In this document: in pieces, positions 48,118-56,703 of the stretch | Layout of the letters: the number at the start of each line of letters is the position of its first letter | Position numbering within the stretch: the first letter of the stretch is position 1 | NCBI GenBank assembly: GCA_005877815.1 | Contig: VBOG01000028.1 | Location: 4,803 to 68,802, forward strand | Direction: 5' to 3' | DNA: 64,000 nt | Origin: Nitrospirota bacterium | GTDB taxonomy: Bacteria > Nitrospirota > Nitrospiria > Nitrospirales > NS-4 | Notes under the pieces: model-generated | Database searches by the model: none | Told to the model about the DNA's origin: nothing | What the model saw: the letters and a program-made list of their open reading frames with translations, nothing else | Made by a program: the position numbers and the translations under genes

Positions 48118-48340
48118 CTTATCGGAAGAGTCCGGAACAGGTCAAACGCGGGAATTGAGTACCATGCTTCATGGATTTCCACCCAAGATGAGAAGTTCCC
48201 TGCCACCTTTTCTTCTCTGCTACCAACTTACGACATCGCTAAGAATATTCAACACATGGAAGAGTACTGCGATGTCTTAGGGAATATCTGTACTTCCAGG
48301 GTCTGTTTCTAGTCGAATGAAAAATCTAAGTATTTGTATA

Positions 48341-48356
48341 TGGCATCTGCCTTGCT
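48341..48356 (+). promoter_or_regulatory. sigma-54 (-24/-12) promoter candidate TGGCAT-N5-TTGCT
   Basis: TGGCATCTGCCTTGCT has GG and GC at the consensus spacing. It lies 53 nt upstream of ATG 48409. Confidence 0.5.
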
Positions 48357-48408
48357 CACTTTTACCATCGTCACCAGCGTTTTCTACACACAATATGGAG
48401 GGCAGGCA

Positions 48409-48627
48409 ATGTTAATGGAAAAACAGGAAGAGCTGAAGAATCAACTCTTGACCGTGAAAGAGGTCGCCACCTACCTGGTCGTGACCGAAAGGACCGTTTA
48501 TCGGTTAGTGAAGGACCGCCGCTTTCCTGCATTCAAGGTCGGAGGACAGTGGCGTTTCAAAGTTGATCTGATCGAGGCATGGATGCGCAGGGATCGGTCG
48601 TTCGAGTACGAAGAGGCCAATGCCTAA
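48409..48627 (+). CDS. excisionase-family (MerR-superfamily) helix-turn-helix DNA-binding protein, 72 aa
   Basis: LLTVKEVATYLVVTERTVYRLVKDRRFPAFKVGGQWRFKVDLIEAWM is the typical HTH_17 pattern. GGAGGG lies 6 nt upstream of the ATG. Confidence 0.7.
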   Translation: MLMEKQEELKNQLLTVKEVATYLVVTERTVYRLVKDRRFPAFKVGGQWRFKVDLIEAWMRRDRSFEYEEANA

Positions 48628-48628
48628 A

Positions 48629-49960
48629 TTAGACACGGCCGGTCAACTCGACAAGTGTTTCGACGTGCATGGTTTGCGGGAACATGTCGAACCCTTGAAT
48701 CCGACTTACGTGGTATCCGGCCGTTCGCATTCCCCGGACATCTCGGGCCACCGTCGGCGGATCGCATGAGAGATAGAGGATCCACCGCGGCCGTAAGCGG
48801 AGAAGCTCCGCCAGACCTTCTTTACTAAGACCGCTTCGCGGTGGATCGAGTACGATTACATCGTACTCTTCTGGTTTGCTGATTCGCATGATCGCTTCCG
48901 CAGAGTCCGAGCGAAATCGGCAATTCCTAATGCGGTTGAGTTTGGCCGTCTCGCGCGCATTCGTCAGCGCCGTGCGGTGCCCCTCGACCAGAGTGACCAG
49001 GGCTCCTTCCCGAGCAATCGGCAGTCCGAAATTGCCGACTCCCGCGTAGAGCTCCAGAACACGAAGGGGCTCAGAACCGCGCATCGCCGTTACCCAATCC
49101 ATGACCGTCCGGACCAACGTCTCGTTCAGTTTAAAATTTGCCTGCGTAAAAGAGCGCTCGCCGAACAAGAATGTCACTCCGGCCACGGCCTCGGCCAGAG
49201 TCAAATTCCCATCCGTCCATCGGCGTGAATGCTCCCCTCGCCCGACGATCAAGCTTTGCCCTTTGAGGTTTGGGATATTGCTCCGAACAGCCGCGAACCA
49301 CGCCTCGGCTTGACGGCGAGTGGCGTGTTCTCCCAGGTATTGGACCACGAGTTCACCAGACGTAAAGGACATGCCAAGGCGAACTTCACGCAAGTTACTC
49401 GCAATAGCGCCTCCCACCGCCAATAGATCGTTAATGGCGCGCACGGCATCATTCAGTGCCGGTGGGAGCAGGAGGCACGTCTCGATGCGTACAGGCCGAT
49501 GACTTTTTTCTTCGTAATAAGCCAACTCTGGCGGCTGACCGGCCACCGCAGCCACCGCGAATCTCGCACGATTTCGATAACCAAAGACCTCGGGAGAAGG
49601 CACGAGTGGCGGCACGATGAGGTCCGTGAGCCCCCCGACCCTCGCCAAGGTCTCTGCAAGAACGTTCCGTTTGAGCGTCAGCTGCGCTGCCGCAGTCGCA
49701 TGCTGGAGCTGGCACCCTCCGCACTGTCCATATACAGGGCAGGGCGCTTCGACACGATCGGAAGAAGGTGAAACGACATCCAGCAACCGTCCTTCGGCAA
49801 AGCCTTTGCGTTGGCGTTCAAGATGAACGCTCACTGACTCCCCTGGGAGCACACCGGGAACAAAGACCGCTAATGATCCATCATGCGCGAGGCCCGCACC
49901 GCCATGGATGAGTTTCTCAATCTGGACGAGTACGGTTTTGTCGGCTACCGGGGCAGGCAT
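48629..49960 (-). CDS. rlmD: TRAM-domain 23S rRNA (uracil-C5)-methyltransferase (RlmD/RumA family)
   Basis: 443 aa with Fe-S Cys cluster CPVYGQCGGCQLQH, SAM-binding LELYAGVGNFG, and VLDPPRSG. Confidence 0.85.
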   Translation of the reverse strand: MPAPVADKTVLVQIEKLIHGGAGLAHDGSLAVFVPGVLPGESVSVHLERQRKGFAEGRLLDVVSPSSDRVEAPCPVYGQCGGCQLQHATAAAQLTLKRNVLAETLARVGGLTDLIVPPLVPSPEVFGYRNRARFAVAAVAGQPPELAYYEEKSHRPVRIETCLLLPPALNDAVRAINDLLAVGGAIASNLREVRLGMSFTSGELVVQYLGEHATRRQAEAWFAAVRSNIPNLKGQSLIVGRGEHSRRWTDGNLTLAEAVAGVTFLFGERSFTQANFKLNETLVRTVMDWVTAMRGSEPLRVLELYAGVGNFGLPIAREGALVTLVEGHRTALTNARETAKLNRIRNCRFRSDSAEAIMRISKPEEYDVIVLDPPRSGLSKEGLAELLRLRPRWILYLSCDPPTVARDVRGMRTAGYHVSRIQGFDMFPQTMHVETLVELTGRV

Positions 49961-50032
49961 GGCAAGAGCAGTGTAACATGAACATAGCCGTCAGGACCCC
50001 TGAGCGGAAATCCGAAAAGGGCGCAATGGGTG

Positions 50033-51403
50033 TTAGCTTTCCGGGCGGACTTCGATACCGAGCAATTTAATCTTTCGGTGCAGGTGGCTACGCTCGATCT
50101 TCAGGTCATCGGCCGTCTTGGAAACGTTCCACGCCCGCTCCCTCAATTTGCGTCCGATGTATTCACGCTCAAAGGCCGCACGCGCCTCACGAAGAGAGGC
50201 GTAATCGAATGCGGAAGGCACCTGCGGGACATGGAACACGACCTGGCGGACAAGCGGTTCCACGTCGGCAGCCTCGATGTCCGGCCCGCGCGCCATGATC
50301 ATCACCCGCTCCACGAGATTCCGCAGCTCCCGCACATTGCCCGGCCAATCGTGCCTCGACAGGACATCGAGAGCCTCCTGCGTAATCGCACGCGGGCGCA
50401 GTCCCTGCTCCTCCACGTTCACCTGAATGAAATGCCGCACGAGCGCGGGAATATCCTCGCGACGATCACGAAGCGCCGGCACGTCAAGCGGGAGGACAGC
50501 CAGCCTGAAATAAAGATCCTCCCGGAAGGCACCTTTACGGATCTCATCGACCAGGGTCTTGTTCGAGGCGGCAATCACCCGGACATCGACTTTGATCAAC
50601 TTGGTGCCCCCAAGACGCTGAAAACGCTGTTCCTGCAGGACCCGGAGCACCTTCGCCTGGGTTGCGACACTCATGTCCCCCACTTCGTCCAAGAAGAGTG
50701 TGCCGCCATCGGCCAGTTCGAACTGTCCGCGGCGGGTACTGGTGGCCCCTGTGAAGGCCCCTCGTTCGTGGCCGAACAGTTCGCTTTCGATCAATGTTTC
50801 GGGAATGGCTGCGCAGTTGACTTCGATGAAAGGGCGATCGGCGCGAGGACTTTGAAGATGGATGGCGCGGGCGACGAGTTCTTTCCCCGTTCCATTTTCG
50901 CCGGAGATCAACACGCGGCTGGGCGCTGGACCTGCGGTCGCAATCTGGCGGCGCAGCTCGACCATGACCACGCTGTCTCCCACCATCTTGACTCGTCGGG
51001 TCGTCTGTTCTTTGAGCGCCTGATTCTCCTGTTCAAGCTTCAACTCATGCAGCGCATGGTGAACGAGCAGGGTGACTTTTTCGAGTGACAGGGGCTTCTC
51101 GATGTAATCGTACGCACCCATCTTGATCGCTTTGACGGCCGATTCGATCGACCCATGGCCCGACATCATCACGACGAGCAGGCGCGGGTTGATCTCCAAG
51201 GCGCGCCGTAGCGTTTCGATACCGTCGAGTTCAGGCATCCAAATGTCGAGAAGGACGAGGTCCGGCGGATCGGATTTGAGAAGTTTCAACGCGTCCTGGC
51301 CGCTTTTGGCGACCGCGATATCGTACCCCTCATCTTCCAGGATGCCGGTGAGGGCATTCAGGATGGCCGGTTCGTCGTCAACGAGCAGAATCCGCGTGTT
51401 CAT
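50033..51403 (-). CDS. sigma-54-dependent response regulator (NtrC/NtrX-type bEBP)
   Basis: Receiver ILLVDDEPAI...LLDIWMPELDG, AAA+ domain with GENGTGKE and an intact ESELFGHERGAFTGA loop, and a C-terminal Fis-type HTH. Start set at MNTRILLVDD. Confidence 0.9.
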   Translation of the reverse strand: MNTRILLVDDEPAILNALTGILEDEGYDIAVAKSGQDALKLLKSDPPDLVLLDIWMPELDGIETLRRALEINPRLLVVMMSGHGSIESAVKAIKMGAYDYIEKPLSLEKVTLLVHHALHELKLEQENQALKEQTTRRVKMVGDSVVMVELRRQIATAGPAPSRVLISGENGTGKELVARAIHLQSPRADRPFIEVNCAAIPETLIESELFGHERGAFTGATSTRRGQFELADGGTLFLDEVGDMSVATQAKVLRVLQEQRFQRLGGTKLIKVDVRVIAASNKTLVDEIRKGAFREDLYFRLAVLPLDVPALRDRREDIPALVRHFIQVNVEEQGLRPRAITQEALDVLSRHDWPGNVRELRNLVERVMIMARGPDIEAADVEPLVRQVVFHVPQVPSAFDYASLREARAAFEREYIGRKLRERAWNVSKTADDLKIERSHLHRKIKLLGIEVRPES

Positions 51404-51416
51404 CGGCTCGGATCCA

Positions 51417-53645
51417 TCATGCCGGCAACTCGATGGTGAAAATCGCGCCCTCGGGGGGGTGGTTCGCAGCTCGGATACGGCCGTCATGGTCGGAGATGAT
51501 GCGATGCACAATCGCCAGCCCGAGGCCCGTGCCCGTCTTCTTCTTCGAAAAATAGGGCAGGAAAAGATTGTCCTGGTCACCGGGTTGGATCCCGACGCCT
51601 TCATCGGCGATCTCGATGATGACCTTTCGATCCCGGGCTTCATGTCGGGTCGTGACCCAAAGCCGCCCGCTTCCATTCATGGCCTGGATAGCATTGTCGA
51701 ACACATTGACGAAGACACGCTTGAGCTGCTCGCGGTCGATCATGATCGCGGGCACCTGTTCATCCAACTGCGTGACGAATTGAATGTCGCGATGTGCGCT
51801 CTTATACAAGAGGATCACGTCCCGCAAGACCGGATGCAAGGATTGCCGTTCCATCACGCAGGCGGGCATACGTGCGAAGTTTGAGAACTCGTCCACCATA
51901 CGCTTCAGGCTGTTGACTTCGTTCACGATCGTCAGGGTGGATTGGTCGAAAATGTCATTGAAGTCGGCGGCTTTCTCGAAAAACTTCTTCCGCAGACGCT
52001 GCGCGGAGAGTTGAATCGGCGTGAGGGGATTCTTGATTTCGTGCGCGATGCGCTGCGCGACCTCCTGCCAGGCCGCGGCCTTTTGGGCTTTGATCAATGC
52101 CGAGAGGTCTTCGAACACGATCACGACGCCAAGGTCCCGCCCCTGCTCGTTCCGCAGTCTCGAGGCGTTCAGACCCAGCACCAGCAGGCTTCCTCGCAGT
52201 TCCGCCTGCCCTTCCCATGCCACCGTTTCGCGCGTCCCGGCGCGCAGTCGTTCGACAAGGTCCGTGAACATCTCCAACCCCAGCGGCTTGAACACGTCGC
52301 TCAGCGAGACGCCGCGGATGTCCTCAGCCTTCAGACTCAGGATCCGTTCGGCGGAGCGATTGACCGTCGTCAGGCGGCTTTCCGAATCCACCGAAATGAC
52401 GCCGCTGCCGATATTGTCGAGCACCGTCTCGATGTAGGCCCGGCGACGCTCCAGTTCAAGGTTGGAGTTCTGCAGGGAAAGGTTGACATGCTCCAACTGC
52501 GCTTTGCTGACTTGCAGGTCCTGAGTCATGCGATTGAACGATTCGACCAGAACCCCGATTTCATCGTTCGCTCTCGCGGTAATCCGAAAACTGAGATCGC
52601 CGGCGGCGACCGCCTTGGTACCTTCCGCAAGCTTCTTGATCGGTACGGTGATGCCCTTGGCGATCTGAAACCCAAACCAGGTGCCGGAGAGGATGATGAC
52701 CAGCGCGATGCCGATGACCAGGGCAATGTACTGTGCTTTGATCGGATTCTTGTAGGATTTGGCCTCTTTGAAGTTTCTGTAGGTTTTCAGCACACGATCC
52801 ATCTTCGCCACGAGGGCTTCCGACAAATACGTGTCCACCACCACCACGCCCGCCGCTTCGCCGGGCGCTTTGACCGATGGAATCGTCACTGCTGAGCGGA
52901 TCAGATCGCCGTTCTCCGTGAATTGGAAGGAGTTGATCTCTCCGCTGGCCAAGGCCTTTTCGACGATGCGATTTTCAGGATCGTACAGGATGTTCAACGG
53001 GATTCGGCGATCCACGGAGCGGGTCAGCAGCTCCTGACTGGCGGAATATACTTCGACGCCTCCCACCCCATACTCCATGCGCTTACGTTGCATAGTCAGG
53101 ACCAGCGTCTCTTGGTGCTCGGTCGCCAGCAACCCATCGGCATAGATTTCCCGACTGATGGCACGCGCGGAGTTCAACGCCACCGTTTCGTGCCCTCGAC
53201 GGTGAGCCAGCGCGACATCTTCCGAATCCTTGAGCGCGTGTTCCACTTCCTGGCCGAACCAGTTATCGATGCTTTTCGAAAGCAGACCGCCGGCAAGACC
53301 AACCAGCAGCACAGAAGGGATCAGCGTGAAGCCGACGAAGGCGGCGATCAATTTATTGCGGAAGCCGGATCCCAGCAGCCGCTGCCGGCGCTCGAAATAG
53401 GCCTTGACCAGGTTGCGTGACAGAAGAAGCAGCAACACCACGAGAAGGATGATGTCGACGTTTAGGAGCGCCAGGACCAGGATATTACTGGGGACGAACG
53501 GAGTCGGTTGCGTCTGGTCGGAGAAGTAGACGGTCAGAATGACCATGGGGAGGAGGAAAGACAGGACAATCAAAACCGGACGCAGGTAATGACTCGGACG
53601 CTCGGCGTCCGGCTTGGCATGGGTGACCATTGGGCCGTGCTTCAC
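51417..53645 (-). CDS. membrane sensor histidine kinase (NtrY-like: TM-HAMP-PAS-HisKA-HATPase)
   Basis: H-box RIAHEIKNPLTPI, N-box NVFDNAIQAM, DEGVGI and GTGLGLAIV. The start is either GTG 53645 or ATG 53630. Confidence 0.85.
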   Translation of the reverse strand: MKHGPMVTHAKPDAERPSHYLRPVLIVLSFLLPMVILTVYFSDQTQPTPFVPSNILVLALLNVDIILLVVLLLLLSRNLVKAYFERRQRLLGSGFRNKLIAAFVGFTLIPSVLLVGLAGGLLSKSIDNWFGQEVEHALKDSEDVALAHRRGHETVALNSARAISREIYADGLLATEHQETLVLTMQRKRMEYGVGGVEVYSASQELLTRSVDRRIPLNILYDPENRIVEKALASGEINSFQFTENGDLIRSAVTIPSVKAPGEAAGVVVVDTYLSEALVAKMDRVLKTYRNFKEAKSYKNPIKAQYIALVIGIALVIILSGTWFGFQIAKGITVPIKKLAEGTKAVAAGDLSFRITARANDEIGVLVESFNRMTQDLQVSKAQLEHVNLSLQNSNLELERRRAYIETVLDNIGSGVISVDSESRLTTVNRSAERILSLKAEDIRGVSLSDVFKPLGLEMFTDLVERLRAGTRETVAWEGQAELRGSLLVLGLNASRLRNEQGRDLGVVIVFEDLSALIKAQKAAAWQEVAQRIAHEIKNPLTPIQLSAQRLRKKFFEKAADFNDIFDQSTLTIVNEVNSLKRMVDEFSNFARMPACVMERQSLHPVLRDVILLYKSAHRDIQFVTQLDEQVPAIMIDREQLKRVFVNVFDNAIQAMNGSGRLWVTTRHEARDRKVIIEIADEGVGIQPGDQDNLFLPYFSKKKTGTGLGLAIVHRIISDHDGRIRAANHPPEGAIFTIELPA

Positions 53646-53651
53646 AGGCGC

Positions 53652-53680
53652 ATTCTAACCGGGGCACCTGCCGACGTCAA
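53652..53680 (-). promoter_or_regulatory. sigma-70-type promoter candidate (TTGACG-17-TAGAAT)
   Basis: On the minus strand, TTGACG at 53680-53675 and TAGAAT at 53657-53652. The -10 element ends 6 nt before GTG 53645. Confidence 0.4.
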
Positions 53681-53752
53681 TGAAATCGACGTCGATGAGA
53701 CATCGTAACTTAAGTATAAAAACGTAGAGAAAAAAGAATTGGGGGACGCGGC

Positions 53753-54142
53753 TCAGGGCTTCGAAGCCTTCTCGACATATTTGATCCGGAGGGTATAGAG
53801 CATTTCTTCGAGAATCGTTTCTTCGTCTTTGTTGAGGTTGCCTTTGGTTTTGCCTTCCAACATCGTGAGGATGTCGATGATCTCCTGCGCGTGGCCGAGG
53901 TTAGGAGCGGTCGCGGAGGCGCCCGCATTCGGATTCTCGCCTAACAGCATGAGCGCAGAGGTCCCCAGCGAGTAGACGAAGGTCAGAAAATTCATGGGCG
54001 GAACTGCCTTCCCGTGCGGGTCTGGTGCCGTCTCACTTTTAAGAGTGGATGCCGGCTCCGCCGATTCGGTTGGTTTGGTTTCGGACTCCGCCCCTCGGCC
54101 GCGCCGGTCTCGAATGACAAAGCCTCGTTCCTCTTCCGCCAT
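53753..54142 (-). CDS. DUF1844-family protein
   Basis: MAEEERGFVIRDRR..., then MNFLTFVYSLGTSALMLLG and IDILTMLEGKTKGNL..EE...L..LRIKYV, matching my recollection of DUF1844. Confidence 0.7.
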   Translation of the reverse strand: MAEEERGFVIRDRRGRGAESETKPTESAEPASTLKSETAPDPHGKAVPPMNFLTFVYSLGTSALMLLGENPNAGASATAPNLGHAQEIIDILTMLEGKTKGNLNKDEETILEEMLYTLRIKYVEKASKP

Positions 54143-54260
54143 GGTCACCTCCTGTGGGACGCATAAAAATACCATAGCGCCGGAATGGTACTCAAGCCGC
54201 CTCAGGGCCCTCCCAAATCAGTCCTTGTTCTCTTATAATAGCGAATTTGGAGGGGCGACG

Positions 54261-55085
54261 ATGTCGGCACAGTTCGACGAAGTTGTGAAGATCATGGCGA
54301 CCCTTCGGGACGAAGGCGGATGCCCCTGGGACCGCAAACAGACGCCCCAGTCGTTAGCCCCCTATCTCATCGAAGAGGCCTATGAGGTCCTGGAGACCAT
54401 TGACGCACAAGACGATTCCAAGCTGAAGGAAGAATTGGGCGATGTCCTTTTGCAGGTTCTTTTCCATGCGCAGATCGGCCGGGAGCGCCAAACCTTCACC
54501 ATCGAGGATGTCTTACGAACCTTGGCCGACAAGCTGGTCCGGCGCCATCCGCACGTCTTTGGAGAGACGACGGTCAAGGATGCCGCGGAGGTGGTGCACC
54601 GCTGGGAGGAAATCAAGCGACAGGAAAAGGCGGACAATGGGGATGAAGAATCGGCCCTAGACGGAGTGCCGAAAGCTCTCCCCGCGCTTCTGAGAGCCTA
54701 TCAGCTCCAGGTGCGGGCGGCACGAGTTGGATTCGATTGGCGGCAGGACGAAAGCGGCTATGCGCAAGTCGTGGCAAAAGTGCAGGAGGAATTGCGGGAG
54801 CTGGACGCGGCGCGCAGCGGCGCCGCGCGTCAGGCCGGCGATGCCGGACGGCAACGGCTCGAGGAGGAAGTCGGGGACGTTCTTTTTTCACTCGTCAATC
54901 TGGCCCGAACATTGAAGATCAATCCCGAAGAGGCGTTGCGCAAGGCGGACAATCGGTTTGCCGCGCGGTTTCAGCATATGGAGCGAATGGCCAAGACCGA
55001 TGGCCGCACCCTCGCTGAAATGACCCTCCCAGAAAAGGACCTCCTTTGGGAACAAGCCAAGGCGGCCGAGCGCGAAGGATTGTGA
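54261..55085 (+). CDS. mazG: nucleoside triphosphate pyrophosphohydrolase MazG
   Basis: Tandem MazG domains (GGCPWDRKQT, EEAYEVLETI, EELGDVLLQV, EEVGDVLFSLVNLAR). Confidence 0.9.
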   Translation: MSAQFDEVVKIMATLRDEGGCPWDRKQTPQSLAPYLIEEAYEVLETIDAQDDSKLKEELGDVLLQVLFHAQIGRERQTFTIEDVLRTLADKLVRRHPHVFGETTVKDAAEVVHRWEEIKRQEKADNGDEESALDGVPKALPALLRAYQLQVRAARVGFDWRQDESGYAQVVAKVQEELRELDAARSGAARQAGDAGRQRLEEEVGDVLFSLVNLARTLKINPEEALRKADNRFAARFQHMERMAKTDGRTLAEMTLPEKDLLWEQAKAAEREGL

Positions 55086-55087
55086 TC

Positions 55088-55753
55088 ATGGCGGATGATC
55101 AGGCACAAGGTGGTCCTGCATCGTATCGGGCTCCCGGAGGTCCGGCGCCGGATGAGCCTACCCGGGGGCACCCCGTCAAAGCCATGTTGGGAGGCATTCT
55201 TGTTCTGTGGCTGTTCCTGTGGATCATCATTCCGAATCCCAAGGATCAGCCGATAGATCCGACCACAGGTGCGACGAAAACGACGCCGGGCATGACGACC
55301 GGCACCCCGAATGTCCCGCACGTCACCTCGCGTACGGTCGCAGAACTCCAGGACTTCAATGTCGTTGCGGTCCTCGTACCGCCGGACACGACGGACGAGC
55401 AGGTAGGGCATCTGCTGAGCCGCCTCAAAACGGCCCGCATCGACGGTACGTTGGGGCAGTATATTCCGGCGACCAGCAGGGGCAACAAGCTCGGCCCTCA
55501 TGCCATTGCCGACATTTATGTATTTTCTGACGGCAAATGGGCCACAGCCACCGCCCTACGAGCCGTCGTCGAAGGCCGTCATAACGCCGCGGACGCAAAG
55601 ATAGGCGGCATGACGTTCGATGAAGTGGCCCCGCATGTCCGGGGACATTACATGATCAACTTGCACGAGCCCGATCACCGCGACCGCGCTTCCGTCGGCT
55701 ATGCCGACGAGGAAGCCGGCTACCACGGCCCGGGCTATCGGGAACTATTTTGA
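55088..55753 (+). CDS. hypothetical single-pass membrane protein (221 aa)
   Basis: The ATG lies 2 nt after the mazG stop. It has one TM helix (MLGGILVLWLFLWIII) and a Thr/Pro-rich linker. No family recognised. Confidence 0.5.
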   Translation: MADDQAQGGPASYRAPGGPAPDEPTRGHPVKAMLGGILVLWLFLWIIIPNPKDQPIDPTTGATKTTPGMTTGTPNVPHVTSRTVAELQDFNVVAVLVPPDTTDEQVGHLLSRLKTARIDGTLGQYIPATSRGNKLGPHAIADIYVFSDGKWATATALRAVVEGRHNAADAKIGGMTFDEVAPHVRGHYMINLHEPDHRDRASVGYADEEAGYHGPGYRELF

Positions 55754-55872
55754 CTTAAATCGGCCCTCCTCAAAAGTTACCACGCTGCCCCCCTAAAGAT
55801 TCTTCTCTTTGAAACTGAATTGTGTATCGTTAGAGGGTGTTTTTACGGGCAACCGCACCAGGAACAAGCGAT

Positions 55873-56697
55873 ATGGCAACATTTGCCAAAAAAATCGCGA
55901 CAGCCAAACACATCTTTGACAGTGATGGTTTCGGAGGCTTGGCCGCGACGCTGCGGCACAAACTGACGGAACCTATCTTGAACTATTGGGGACAGGACCA
56001 TTGGTGGGCGGGAAGGCTCGTCGAATTGACCGGCAATAGGGTCCATATTGACGGCTGTCGGTTTAGCGTCAACAGTTTCGCCATCAAGACGGAAATCAAA
56101 AGTCGCTTTCTGCTGGGAACCTACGAAGAAGCGGAACGGAATGCGATCAGGCGCTTCCTCGATCCCAGCTTGCCGGTGGTCGAGTTTGGTGCCAGCGTCG
56201 GGGTCATCGCATGTCTGACCAATCACATGCTCAAAGATCCCAGGCGACATGTCGTGGTGGAAGCCAACCCCGCGCTCTTACCTTTGCTGAAGGCGAATTG
56301 CGAGCGCAACGATTGTCGGTTCACCGTTCTACATAGCGCTGTGGCGTATGGCAGTGATGAGGTGCTCTTTTATCAGAATGAAGAAGATTATTTGGCGAGC
56401 AGCGTTCAGCTGCCCTCCCACAAACCCGTGTGCATCCCGACCATCAATTTGAAGCAGGTGCTGGATCGATTTGCATTCGAACACTGCACGCTGGTCTGCG
56501 ATATCGAGGGAGGAGAGCGGGATGTCATTTTCCGGGAAACGGCGGTCCTGCGTGATCGCGTTGCGATGATTATCGTGGAAGTCCATGAAAAAGTGCTCGG
56601 AGCCGAGGTCGTCCATGCCCTGTTTTCCACGCTCCAAGAGATTGGATTTCACGCTCTCTATGCCGAGCGTGAGACCTACGTCTTTCAAAAGGCCTGA
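55873..56697 (+). CDS. FkbM-family SAM-dependent methyltransferase
   Basis: VVEFGASVGV (SAM motif I-like) and the FkbM-like segments EANP..., LVCDIEGGE and VEVH. Confidence 0.65.
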   Translation: MATFAKKIATAKHIFDSDGFGGLAATLRHKLTEPILNYWGQDHWWAGRLVELTGNRVHIDGCRFSVNSFAIKTEIKSRFLLGTYEEAERNAIRRFLDPSLPVVEFGASVGVIACLTNHMLKDPRRHVVVEANPALLPLLKANCERNDCRFTVLHSAVAYGSDEVLFYQNEEDYLASSVQLPSHKPVCIPTINLKQVLDRFAFEHCTLVCDIEGGERDVIFRETAVLRDRVAMIIVEVHEKVLGAEVVHALFSTLQEIGFHALYAERETYVFQKA

Positions 56698-56703
56698 ACT
56701 CTC

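Noticed and set aside
46320-48627. tRNA-Ala plus a nearby excisionase-family gene as markers of an integrated mobile element
   Set aside because: The intervening genes are purN and purM. I found no integrase, no direct repeat of the tRNA 3' end and no phage or conjugation genes.
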